IMG/VR virus record: IMGVR_UViG_3300027759_000045
Span: 124,001 to 188,000 of that record
Direction: 5' to 3' (one strand)
Length of the DNA stretch: 64,000 nucleotides
The position numbers were made by a program, and so were the translations under genes. The notes beneath the pieces were generated by a model. The model saw only the letters and a list, made by a program, of their open reading frames with translations. It made no database searches and was not told where the DNA came from. Positions 26,950 through 34,624 of this stretch are shown here, piece after piece. The stretch's first letter is position 1. Each line of letters starts with the position of its first letter.

Positions 26950-27634
26950 GTAACCATTTCTTCACTGTTGGTTGCAGAAATTCTGCAAATTCTTTGTTAG
27001 CTTGCGGAGTAGGATGTTCATGGCAAAAATATCCGTGTTCTTCCCACCAACACCATTCTTTGATCTGTTCGTCCCAGGCAAAGGTTGCGGCTCGGCCCGG
27101 TACAATTCCATTGCTGTGCATACGCCAGCCCACGTCTGACGCACCCCAGCCATGCTGGAACCATTTGCTATCTAGCTGTGTGGCAATCCACTTTTGCCAG
27201 CTTGCACACAGTACATCAAATCCAAATGCCTGTGCTAGTAACGGATCAACGTCACTGAGCCCGCCAATAAAGGTAATGGGATTGTTCACACGATCACGTA
27301 TCTCACTCATTATAGCATGATTCAGTGCTGTACGTATACTGAACATGTCTTCTTTTTCAATCCATTCATGCGGCGGGGCATTCTTTATGCGCCCATAATC
27401 ACGTCCGGGTTCGGTCCATATCCATACTACAGGAACGTTGTCGGGCACACGCATGGCAACCAGTCTATCCAAACAGGCTAGATTACCCTGCCCCGGAGCC
27501 AAACAGTGCTGATAAGGCCAAGGCCAGTGATCTGCCAGTCGTTCATCGCCGGGCAATGGCTGTTGATTACCTTTGTCATAATTGTCATTAGTAAAGCCTT
27601 TTAGTGCCCAACTGTCCCCGGCAAAGATATACAT
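26936..27634 (-). CDS. SGNH/GDSL-like hydrolase or acyltransferase
   Basis: N-terminal FAGDSW, APGQGN block and C-terminal HPT..AN..FA. Confidence 0.55.
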   Translation of the reverse strand: MYIFAGDSWALKGFTNDNYDKGNQQPLPGDERLADHWPWPYQHCLAPGQGNLACLDRLVAMRVPDNVPVVWIWTEPGRDYGRIKNAPPHEWIEKEDMFSIRTALNHAIMSEIRDRVNNPITFIGGLSDVDPLLAQAFGFDVLCASWQKWIATQLDSKWFQHGWGASDVGWRMHSNGIVPGRAATFAWDEQIKEWCWWEEHGYFCHEHPTPQANKEFAEFLQPTVKKWLHEQR

Positions 27635-28497
27635 TACTTTAGATCCTTTTTCTGTTGTGCAAAGATTTGATCACCATTGTACTGTTCTGGACAAAACTTA
27701 CACTGATCAATGGGCTGGTCTAGACTGTTCACAAACTGCTGTTTAGCTGTGCCACTGTCAGTGATCTTCAAGGGTCTGTAACTCAGCATGAGTTCACGGT
27801 CCTCTGCGCTGAGTGTGAGTGAGTGCTGTTGATCAAATTCGGGCAACACTGCCGCAACACCGCACTTGTACAGCTCACCACGTATGAAATGGTGGCAGGT
27901 TTTCATGTGGCAAATGTCATGTGCTCGAGCTACGTCACTTTGGTGCAGTGTTAGTGCGCCGTCTGTTTTGACAATGGCACCTTGGTGGAACCACCAATTG
28001 TATTCTATTTTGATGCGTACCCCACGTGCATCAGTAATGGTCATGTACTGTTGATAGGGGTTGTCTGTGTTAAACGTCACAGTGTGCGGGGCTTGACCAA
28101 AGTCTCGAACCTTTTGTATGATTTCTGATTTGTGCTGTTTGTTGTGTATGCCAACCCACAGCTCAATGTTGCGATGTTGCTCTAGTATGGGATAAAGATC
28201 GGCATGTCGATCCAATCTAAAGCCATTGCTGATAATTCTTATTTTCTTTCCAGGCCATAGTTGATTTATGCCCTGCACCCAGGCCAAGAACGTGGGGTTC
28301 AGTAGCGGCTCGCCGCCCAGGATGCCAATACTGCCAATATCAACTTGTTCGGCCCACTGCTGATATACTTCAGCATAGTCACTCCAGCGTTGATAGCCCG
28401 TGAAGTTGTAGTCATTGAAACGATTGCAACCTGCGCATGCTAGATTGCAAACATTAATGATATAAAACTCTGCGTAGGGTATGTGTAGCTTAGGCAT
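27634..28497 (-). CDS. Radical SAM enzyme with C-terminal Cys-rich domain
   Basis: CNLACAGC, GGEPLL and SNG; C-terminal C...C...LYKC...CKFC. Confidence 0.88.
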   Translation of the reverse strand: MPKLHIPYAEFYIINVCNLACAGCNRFNDYNFTGYQRWSDYAEVYQQWAEQVDIGSIGILGGEPLLNPTFLAWVQGINQLWPGKKIRIISNGFRLDRHADLYPILEQHRNIELWVGIHNKQHKSEIIQKVRDFGQAPHTVTFNTDNPYQQYMTITDARGVRIKIEYNWWFHQGAIVKTDGALTLHQSDVARAHDICHMKTCHHFIRGELYKCGVAAVLPEFDQQHSLTLSAEDRELMLSYRPLKITDSGTAKQQFVNSLDQPIDQCKFCPEQYNGDQIFAQQKKDLK

Positions 28498-29449
28498 GTA
28501 GGTCTTGCATTTGAATTCGTTTCAACAACTGATAGTTGTGTTCCAGCACTGATTGCATGTCTGCGTACATGGCGTCTAGTTCAGCAAGGCTTTTTTCAGC
28601 CAATTGCTCTATTAAGCGCACAATTTCTTTTAGTTGATAGTCTGGTGGATCTTCGCTGTAGCCTTCATCCCACCAGGCGTCAAATGTGCGAAATCCCAGG
28701 GCACGTAATCTAGACAGAAACTTCTGTGGCCCATGCACAACAAATGGTGTGCGCATCAGCATGGGGCGCCAGATCTTTTCATCAATATAAAATGTGTCCC
28801 CTGACCAGTAAGTTAAATTCACAATTTCCACAAAGAAGTTGGGATACGCTTTGGTAATGTTTAGTGTGACAGGATTACAAATGGGATATTGATCAATACT
28901 GTCAATTGTCAGCGGTGAGTGTTGCAGTAATTCCACAGCGTCTTGAACTTCTGCCCAGGAATGATTGTTGAACATCATGTCTTCCACGCCAATAAAAGGC
29001 CTGTGATACTGATTGGTCACTTGGGTGTGATAAGTCTGCATGGTTCGATCGCGATGATGTGCATACAAGTAACTGCCCAGATACAGTCGGGGCTGATTGC
29101 CATGCCCAATAAAGTGTCCAAAATGCTTGGCAATTGTTTTGTTGCTAGCAGGCGGACTATATTGTTGTGCGGCTGTGAGATATACCATTTGCGGTTTTAT
29201 AACAATGTTGTAACGGTCATGTGTTTCGGCCAAGTTACAAGTTGTGATATAAATGTCACTGGCACTGTAATTGAAACGACTGCACATATTATCCAGCAAA
29301 TCATACAGGCCCAGGCTGCGAGCACAGGGTCCTTCGCGTTTGGTACCAATATCAATGCGCGGCACGGCCTGTGACATGGCATGGGCAATGTCAATAATCA
29401 GTTGATCACGGTTCCAAATTGTGCTGTCACTGTTGGCAAATTCAATCAT
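28490..29449 (-). CDS. Glycosyltransferase-like protein (TEK family), paralog 4
   Basis: FYIDEKIWRPMLMRTPF...GFRTFDAWWDEGY. Confidence 0.5.
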   Translation of the reverse strand: MIEFANSDSTIWNRDQLIIDIAHAMSQAVPRIDIGTKREGPCARSLGLYDLLDNMCSRFNYSASDIYITTCNLAETHDRYNIVIKPQMVYLTAAQQYSPPASNKTIAKHFGHFIGHGNQPRLYLGSYLYAHHRDRTMQTYHTQVTNQYHRPFIGVEDMMFNNHSWAEVQDAVELLQHSPLTIDSIDQYPICNPVTLNITKAYPNFFVEIVNLTYWSGDTFYIDEKIWRPMLMRTPFVVHGPQKFLSRLRALGFRTFDAWWDEGYSEDPPDYQLKEIVRLIEQLAEKSLAELDAMYADMQSVLEHNYQLLKRIQMQDLHA

Positions 29450-30140
29450 TCATGTACTCCGCCACATGCTCAAATACTTCTGACTTTGACAGTACGTATT
29501 GACCAAATGGTGCGCAACTGTGTAAATCATAAGGCGGTACAGCATTGTTGGTCAACGCAACATCTGCGCAGAATCTCTGCATTATTTCTGCGTCAGACAC
29601 AGGCTCACTTACCAAATTGATTTCTCTAATGTCATGTTCAATCACTGTGGCAATGTCCCTGCACAGTCTTGACAGCGGATAATACTGCCTGACCACAGCA
29701 CCGTTGACACGATCCAAGTATTGACGATGGCGAATATCAAACAATAGATTTTTACTGATTGCAGGGTGAATCAAGGTACACAGTCTAATAACATGACAGC
29801 ATTCAAATTGAGTCAGGGCAAAATGTTCCAATGCCAGTCTGTTGCTGCCATACACAGAATCTGGTGCGTACACAGCGTCCACTGATCCGATCAGTACAAA
29901 TCTATTGGCCCTAACTGTGCGCAAGTTATCAGCAAGATATCCAATGCTGTCTGTGTCCCACTGTGGTTGTTGATTGGCCCGCAAGCGATTGCCTGATAGT
30001 GCCGCACAGTACACAGTGTCAAAATTACAATGTTGTATCTGCTCTATATTGGCAGAGTTGTAGGTTTGGTCAAATTCGAGGTTGGCACCTAACACTGTGC
30101 CAATCAAACCAGTGTGACCTATCAACACGTTCATTACCAA
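29442..30140 (-). CDS. Short NAD-dependent epimerase/reductase (SDR)
   Basis: VLIGHTGLIG Rossmann motif and YGSNR (YxxxK variant); may start at ATG 30134. Confidence 0.7.
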   Translation of the reverse strand: MVMNVLIGHTGLIGTVLGANLEFDQTYNSANIEQIQHCNFDTVYCAALSGNRLRANQQPQWDTDSIGYLADNLRTVRANRFVLIGSVDAVYAPDSVYGSNRLALEHFALTQFECCHVIRLCTLIHPAISKNLLFDIRHRQYLDRVNGAVVRQYYPLSRLCRDIATVIEHDIREINLVSEPVSDAEIMQRFCADVALTNNAVPPYDLHSCAPFGQYVLSKSEVFEHVAEYMND

Positions 30141-31060
30141 CCTTCTTGCTTCCTGATCACATCAATTTCTCGAACCATAACGCCTTGATTGTGCCAACCG
30201 ATACGATAATGATGTTTGAAAAACTTGCTGGCTTCGTCTTCGTACCAGACCATTGGCAAGTCTAACTGTGTACTTAGTTCTTCGGCTACGCGACCTAACA
30301 ATAGTTCCGGCTCAGTGTCTTTGACTGTGTCCCACAACTCGTTTAACGAATCAAACCATTGCACTTGTTTATGATCCCAATTGGTCAGCATGGTCATGTA
30401 CGTGCCCATTCGAGCACCAGCAATGGCCCATACTCCATGTTCAGCATCACGACCCACATTGTGCCACACAGTCAAGTTGTCTAAGTTGCGCTGATGTACA
30501 CGCTGTTTAAATTCTGCCACTGTGGGACGCACACCTTTGTTCAGGCACATCTTTACACCTTCGCGGAATCCTGCTCGCCAAGCATGAAAAGCTGAACCAT
30601 TGGGATATGTTGTACTATAGCAATCGTGCATGGCCCAATATAAGGGATCAAAACAAAACTCTACTTCGGTGGCGGCTGTGCCATCTGTGTTTTCATGTGT
30701 TTTCATTTCGTTGACAAATGTGCGTGTCCATGAACTCATGCCACCGTTGCCATACATCAAGCCATTGATGTTGTTACACGCTCTCCAACGGAACACTGCA
30801 CGTTCATAATCTGTAGTAGGAAATGTTAGTGTTTGATTGAAGAATTCAGGATGCGGCATATTATCGCCGTCGATCAAAATAAAACGTTCTGTTTCACTTG
30901 CGGCAGCGGCAGCTTTGTGTGCGGCATCTGATCCTTTGACTCCGTCAACACGTTTGGCCCAAGGCACCATGTTGCGAATTCGAACCCAGAATTCTTCCTT
31001 CTGTGGTTCGTCGTAGGTCAAGTAGATGCAGTCTAGGTCTGCTACATCAATTTGATTCAT
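30134..31060 (-). CDS. GT-A-fold glycosyltransferase-like protein
   Basis: Hydrophobic strand followed by a DxD motif (RFILIDGDN), GVKG..AAHKAAA and YGNGG. Confidence 0.6.
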   Translation of the reverse strand: MNQIDVADLDCIYLTYDEPQKEEFWVRIRNMVPWAKRVDGVKGSDAAHKAAAAASETERFILIDGDNMPHPEFFNQTLTFPTTDYERAVFRWRACNNINGLMYGNGGMSSWTRTFVNEMKTHENTDGTAATEVEFCFDPLYWAMHDCYSTTYPNGSAFHAWRAGFREGVKMCLNKGVRPTVAEFKQRVHQRNLDNLTVWHNVGRDAEHGVWAIAGARMGTYMTMLTNWDHKQVQWFDSLNELWDTVKDTEPELLLGRVAEELSTQLDLPMVWYEDEASKFFKHHYRIGWHNQGVMVREIDVIRKQEGW

Positions 31061-31394
31061 TTGATTTTAAACTCCATTTAATATGCGGTTGGTCTTCTGC
31101 AACAACAACAGAAACATTCTCAATTGAACATGGTGTTCCGGTTGTGCTGGGCGTTAACTTACTCGTGGGTCTTTTGTACACAACTGGCACTAATTTGCCG
31201 TCAACAACTCGAACATTGAACCTACTGAGTTGATATGTTTCTGCATCAATCTCTATATAATTACCTGGCAAGTCTTCCATGCTGTAAGATACTGGCTCAC
31301 CACGCTCATTGTAGTATAATCTAAAAAAAATAGGCACAGGGTCCGGTGCAGGCTCTGCCAGTGCCAGCCAAAAATTTTCAGTTGTTTCATTCAT
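31047..31394 (-). CDS. Hypothetical protein
   Basis: In-frame ATG 31394 (MNETTENF) overlaps the upstream stop; FRLYYNERGEP motif. Confidence 0.7.
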   Translation of the reverse strand: MNETTENFWLALAEPAPDPVPIFFRLYYNERGEPVSYSMEDLPGNYIEIDAETYQLSRFNVRVVDGKLVPVVYKRPTSKLTPSTTGTPCSIENVSVVVAEDQPHIKWSLKSNESN

Positions 31395-31701
31395 CTGTAG
31401 GCGGAATACCGTTTGAGTGTCGGTCTGTTGTTTTGTCAACATCTTGGAAAAGTCGTTTTTCCTGTGCTGTCAGTGTGTCTTTGTGTGTTCTGCGAGGATT
31501 ACCGCACAATGGACATTGTGGATTACCACAGTCCATCACATGATGTTTGGCCAATCGGTGTGGTTCTTTTACTGCTAGATCTTTGTTGGTCATGCCGTGT
31601 GCTTTGGCAATCTTAACTTGTCGGGCCACTGCATTTTCATCTTTTAATAGACGTTTACTTTTTTTAAATTTATCTTCTTCTTTACTCAAAGCAATCTCCA
31701 A
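31387..31701 (-). CDS. Small basic protein with putative Zn-binding Cys motif
   Basis: CGNPQCPLCGNPR. The true start may be TTG 31689, which has a GGAG SD and overlaps the upstream TGA. Confidence 0.7.
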   Translation of the reverse strand: MEIALSKEEDKFKKSKRLLKDENAVARQVKIAKAHGMTNKDLAVKEPHRLAKHHVMDCGNPQCPLCGNPRRTHKDTLTAQEKRLFQDVDKTTDRHSNGIPPTDE

Positions 31702-32459
31702 TCTTTATTATGATAATGCACAAGTCCCCATTGTGCTACTGTGTTGATCCGCACACCCGGATCGGTATTTTCCCACACTAGTTCTTCGGTCCAATCATCA
31801 GTATGTGTAGGAATTACATGTTGTTTCATGTGTACAATGGTTGGTCCAAGGCCTGCGGGCAGTGTGACCAGTTCTGGACCAATGATCAGTGCGGCCATGG
31901 CATATACCACATCTGTACTGGGAATTTCTTCTGGAAACTTTAACAAAGTCTTGTAGGAACTCCAGTTTGAAAAGATTTTCTCTACTAGATTAAAAAAATC
32001 CTGTGCTGTTTTGCTCACACGCCAGTAGGTTATTGCGTTGTACACATCGGGCAGGCAGTTGTCGTCAAACAGTCGACGATAGTATCTACTGGCTGCAGGC
32101 CGATCATAAAAGTCTCTGCAACCCTGACTGATCACAACATCACGCTTTTCAAACATGGTCCACCAGTGATCAACAGGGCTGGCAGCAATCATGTCTGCTT
32201 CTAGTTTGATTGTTTGTCTATACGGACTGGCGCGGAACACCTGCCAGTCATTGGCATAGCCACCTTGGTCTCCGTACGGCAGTTCAACCACATGAGTAAA
32301 CAATGACCAGTCACACCTGTTGTTAGTTAATATGGCTATGTTAGCGTCAGGATGCCATTGACGTATGCTCATGGCCAGCTGTTCTGCACAGTCAGTATAG
32401 CTGACTGTGTCTGTGTTTACAGCCGGAATCAAATATCCACGTTCAGAGAGGATTGGCAA
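31686..32459 (-). CDS. GT8-like glycosyltransferase
   Basis: SPYRQTIKLEADM (ExD at the DxD position), STDVVYA and VHMK. Confidence 0.65.
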   Translation of the reverse strand: MPILSERGYLIPAVNTDTVSYTDCAEQLAMSIRQWHPDANIAILTNNRCDWSLFTHVVELPYGDQGGYANDWQVFRASPYRQTIKLEADMIAASPVDHWWTMFEKRDVVISQGCRDFYDRPAASRYYRRLFDDNCLPDVYNAITYWRVSKTAQDFFNLVEKIFSNWSSYKTLLKFPEEIPSTDVVYAMAALIIGPELVTLPAGLGPTIVHMKQHVIPTHTDDWTEELVWENTDPGVRINTVAQWGLVHYHNKDWRLL

Positions 32460-33240
32460 CTATTGCTCCTAATTGTTGTTTGCCCATGGCATGGAAATCC
32501 TGTGTTAGCGTGATCCATCGTGCTTTTTTATCTGGTGTCGAAAAGTCTACTCTATATGAATCTATATCAAGTTGAGTCAATCGATGTTCTGGTGTGATGC
32601 TGGCCAGTGTTCCAGGAATCTCATCAACACACAGTGTGTGTCCATTTAAAGTATTTAACGCAATACTAAGTGCATGATCATTTCTGTAGGTCGCAACAGG
32701 ATTCTTATACAGGTTCCTGTAATGTGTCCAATTATCACGAATCATTTGCATTGAATCAAACAGTAATTCTGAGGCTGTGCTCCGACGGAACATCATCACA
32801 GTGGCCCACCACATGGGCATACGATGATTGCCAAAGTAGTTTAAATCTTCAAATGTTTGTAATCCTGTTACATCCCAGGCCCGGCGATAGCACATGAAAT
32901 CTTGACGGCTGTTTAATACAGTACGCAGTTGAGCACTGGTAATGACATAATCAGCATCGAGTACTAGCGTTTGATCCCAGGGACTTAATTGGTACGCATC
33001 CATACGATTGGTGTTATGCCAAGTTACATTGGTATCATAATCTGAAAAATAACGTTGACCACCACCTTGTGCTTGAGTGTTTACGACATAATCAAAGTCA
33101 CCTAGCGGGTTTTCATAATCAGTTACAACAGCCACAGGGATTCCAAGATGCCTGTGTATGTTTTTGGCAGACCATGCTGCCATAGAAAGATAATCAGTTT
33201 GCTCGTTGTTAAATGCAAATATTAATGCACCAGTGGTCAT
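32443..33240 (-). CDS. GT8-like glycosyltransferase
   Basis: SPWDQTLVLDADY (DxD), RNDHALSIA and FHAMGK; tandem paralog of 31686-32459. Confidence 0.7.
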   Translation of the reverse strand: MTTGALIFAFNNEQTDYLSMAAWSAKNIHRHLGIPVAVVTDYENPLGDFDYVVNTQAQGGGQRYFSDYDTNVTWHNTNRMDAYQLSPWDQTLVLDADYVITSAQLRTVLNSRQDFMCYRRAWDVTGLQTFEDLNYFGNHRMPMWWATVMMFRRSTASELLFDSMQMIRDNWTHYRNLYKNPVATYRNDHALSIALNTLNGHTLCVDEIPGTLASITPEHRLTQLDIDSYRVDFSTPDKKARWITLTQDFHAMGKQQLGAIVANPL

Positions 33241-33542
33241 CGTTGTTTATTAAGTTCTTCGTATTCGATCAACCAAGCATTCATTTGCTCTTGCCAGCGT
33301 TGCATGGCCAGACCACGCAGTTCTTCAGGCCGAACCAGTACCGGAGTTTCATACAAGTCTAACAGCACTGCATCACCTGGAGGCACAGTGGCCAAGATGT
33401 TTAAGAGTTCAGGGCCGGCACACCACATGCCGCTAGCGTGTGCAAATACCAGCTTGGCTTGATATTTTTCTTTTAGCAATCGTCGGGCGGCCACGTGATC
33501 AAAACGGGCACGACCGTGTGCAATTAGTTGTTCAGTATTCAT
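33237..33542 (-). CDS. Hypothetical protein, first gene of the glycosyltransferase/radical SAM operon
   Basis: 101-aa ORF, ATGA-coupled to the GT8-like gene. Confidence 0.75.
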   Translation of the reverse strand: MNTEQLIAHGRARFDHVAARRLLKEKYQAKLVFAHASGMWCAGPELLNILATVPPGDAVLLDLYETPVLVRPEELRGLAMQRWQEQMNAWLIEYEELNKQR

Positions 33543-33549
33543 ATTGTTT

Positions 33550-33578
33550 ATTATACAGGAAGTGTAGATAAAAGTAAA
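33550..33578 (-). promoter_or_regulatory. sigma70-type promoter TTTACT-17-TATAAT
   Basis: On the minus strand: perfect -10, 17-nt spacer, and ATG 7 nt downstream. Confidence 0.7.
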
Positions 33579-33596
33579 GGGCCCGGAGGCCCTTTT
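33570..33596 (-). terminator. Intrinsic terminator after the fibre gene (possibly bidirectional)
   Basis: Stem AAAGGGCC-TCCG-GGCCCTTT followed by ACTTTT on the minus strand, about 20 nt after the stop at 33617. Confidence 0.85.
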
Positions 33597-33616
33597 GGTA
33601 AACCGCTACAGTTCAA

Positions 33617-34612
33617 TTATGCAACTGCGGCTGCAATAGTTGGTGTGCCCCAAGCGGCGCTGGTTAGGTAAGTTGAGCTTGGTACAAACAGCGTGACCAA
33701 TGTGGTAGGCGCTGTTCCAAAAGTTGTAAATGGTGATGCAGTGGCAGTACCGCCTGTGATAACGTCACTGGAACCTGTGCCAGAACCACCTGGATCAACC
33801 CAGGTTGTGGTGATTACTAGTTGTGTTCCGGTGCCTGCTGTTTTGGCATTTACTGCAATAAACTGTCCGGTGTACGGAGCAGTATCTGCAAATTGTTTAT
33901 AAATTAGTGTGTCGGTTGTTAACAAGTTATACCAACCAGTTGCGGTAGTCAATGTAACTGGTGTACCAGTTCCACCTACCTTGGTAGTACCGGTATAATT
34001 GGCGGCAGCAATTGCCTGTGGGCTTAGTACACTGCCGGCAGTGATATAAATGTCGCCAACCAGTGTGTTGGCCAAGTCATTCCATTCTGCATCGGCCAAG
34101 TTGCCTGTTGATGTTTTGTTGGTTTCCCACTTGATGCGTCCGCCTGCGTTGAAGAAGTACCGAGCAGCATTGGCGCTGGCCCAGGTTATGGTATGTGTAA
34201 AAGTAATTGTCCACGGAGTTGATCCAGAACCTGTGTCAGTTGTTTTACTAGTGCTGCCAGTAAAACTAGTTGTTTGTGCGCCACTGGCAGCGGCATTGCC
34301 GCGAGCAGCAGTGAGATTTGTCACGTCGGTGTTTAAGTTGGCTAAAATTGCAATGGTGTTGCCAACAACAGGGTTTGATCTGCTGGTGATGGTGGTGCCT
34401 TGATGACTGGCCATAGCCGAAATTTTACTGTTCAATGTAGACCATTGGGAAGCAGTGATTGTTGCGGCTGCACTCACTGTGCTCAATGCAGTTTCGCCAT
34501 AGCCAGCTGTGGTGGCGCCTGTGGACCAAATCCCGTTTACGTTTGCTCCGTTGGTACTAACAAATCCGTTATAATCGGTTGCTAGTATTGTGCTGCCTAC
34601 AGTATATGTCAT
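33617..34612 (-). CDS. Thr/Ala/Gly-rich virion structural protein (fibre-like)
   Basis: MTYTVGSTI.ATDYN start, ARYFFNAGG motif, very Thr-rich; last gene of the structural operon. Confidence 0.7.
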   Translation of the reverse strand: MTYTVGSTILATDYNGFVSTNGANVNGIWSTGATTAGYGETALSTVSAAATITASQWSTLNSKISAMASHQGTTITSRSNPVVGNTIAILANLNTDVTNLTAARGNAAASGAQTTSFTGSTSKTTDTGSGSTPWTITFTHTITWASANAARYFFNAGGRIKWETNKTSTGNLADAEWNDLANTLVGDIYITAGSVLSPQAIAAANYTGTTKVGGTGTPVTLTTATGWYNLLTTDTLIYKQFADTAPYTGQFIAVNAKTAGTGTQLVITTTWVDPGGSGTGSSDVITGGTATASPFTTFGTAPTTLVTLFVPSSTYLTSAAWGTPTIAAAVA

Positions 34613-34624
34613 GTTGTTATCCTA

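Noticed and set aside
13576-28497. Radical SAM genes as RiPP maturases or viperin-like defence enzymes
   Set aside because: No convincing precursor peptide, RRE domain, protease or transporter was seen; the neighbours are sugar enzymes.
4409-33542. Calling the island a DNA hypermodification system outright
   Set aside because: No nucleotide hydroxymethylase, TET/JBP dioxygenase, queuosine-pathway or DpdA-like gene was recognised here, and ThyX looks canonical. Kept only as an alternative, since such genes could lie outside the window.
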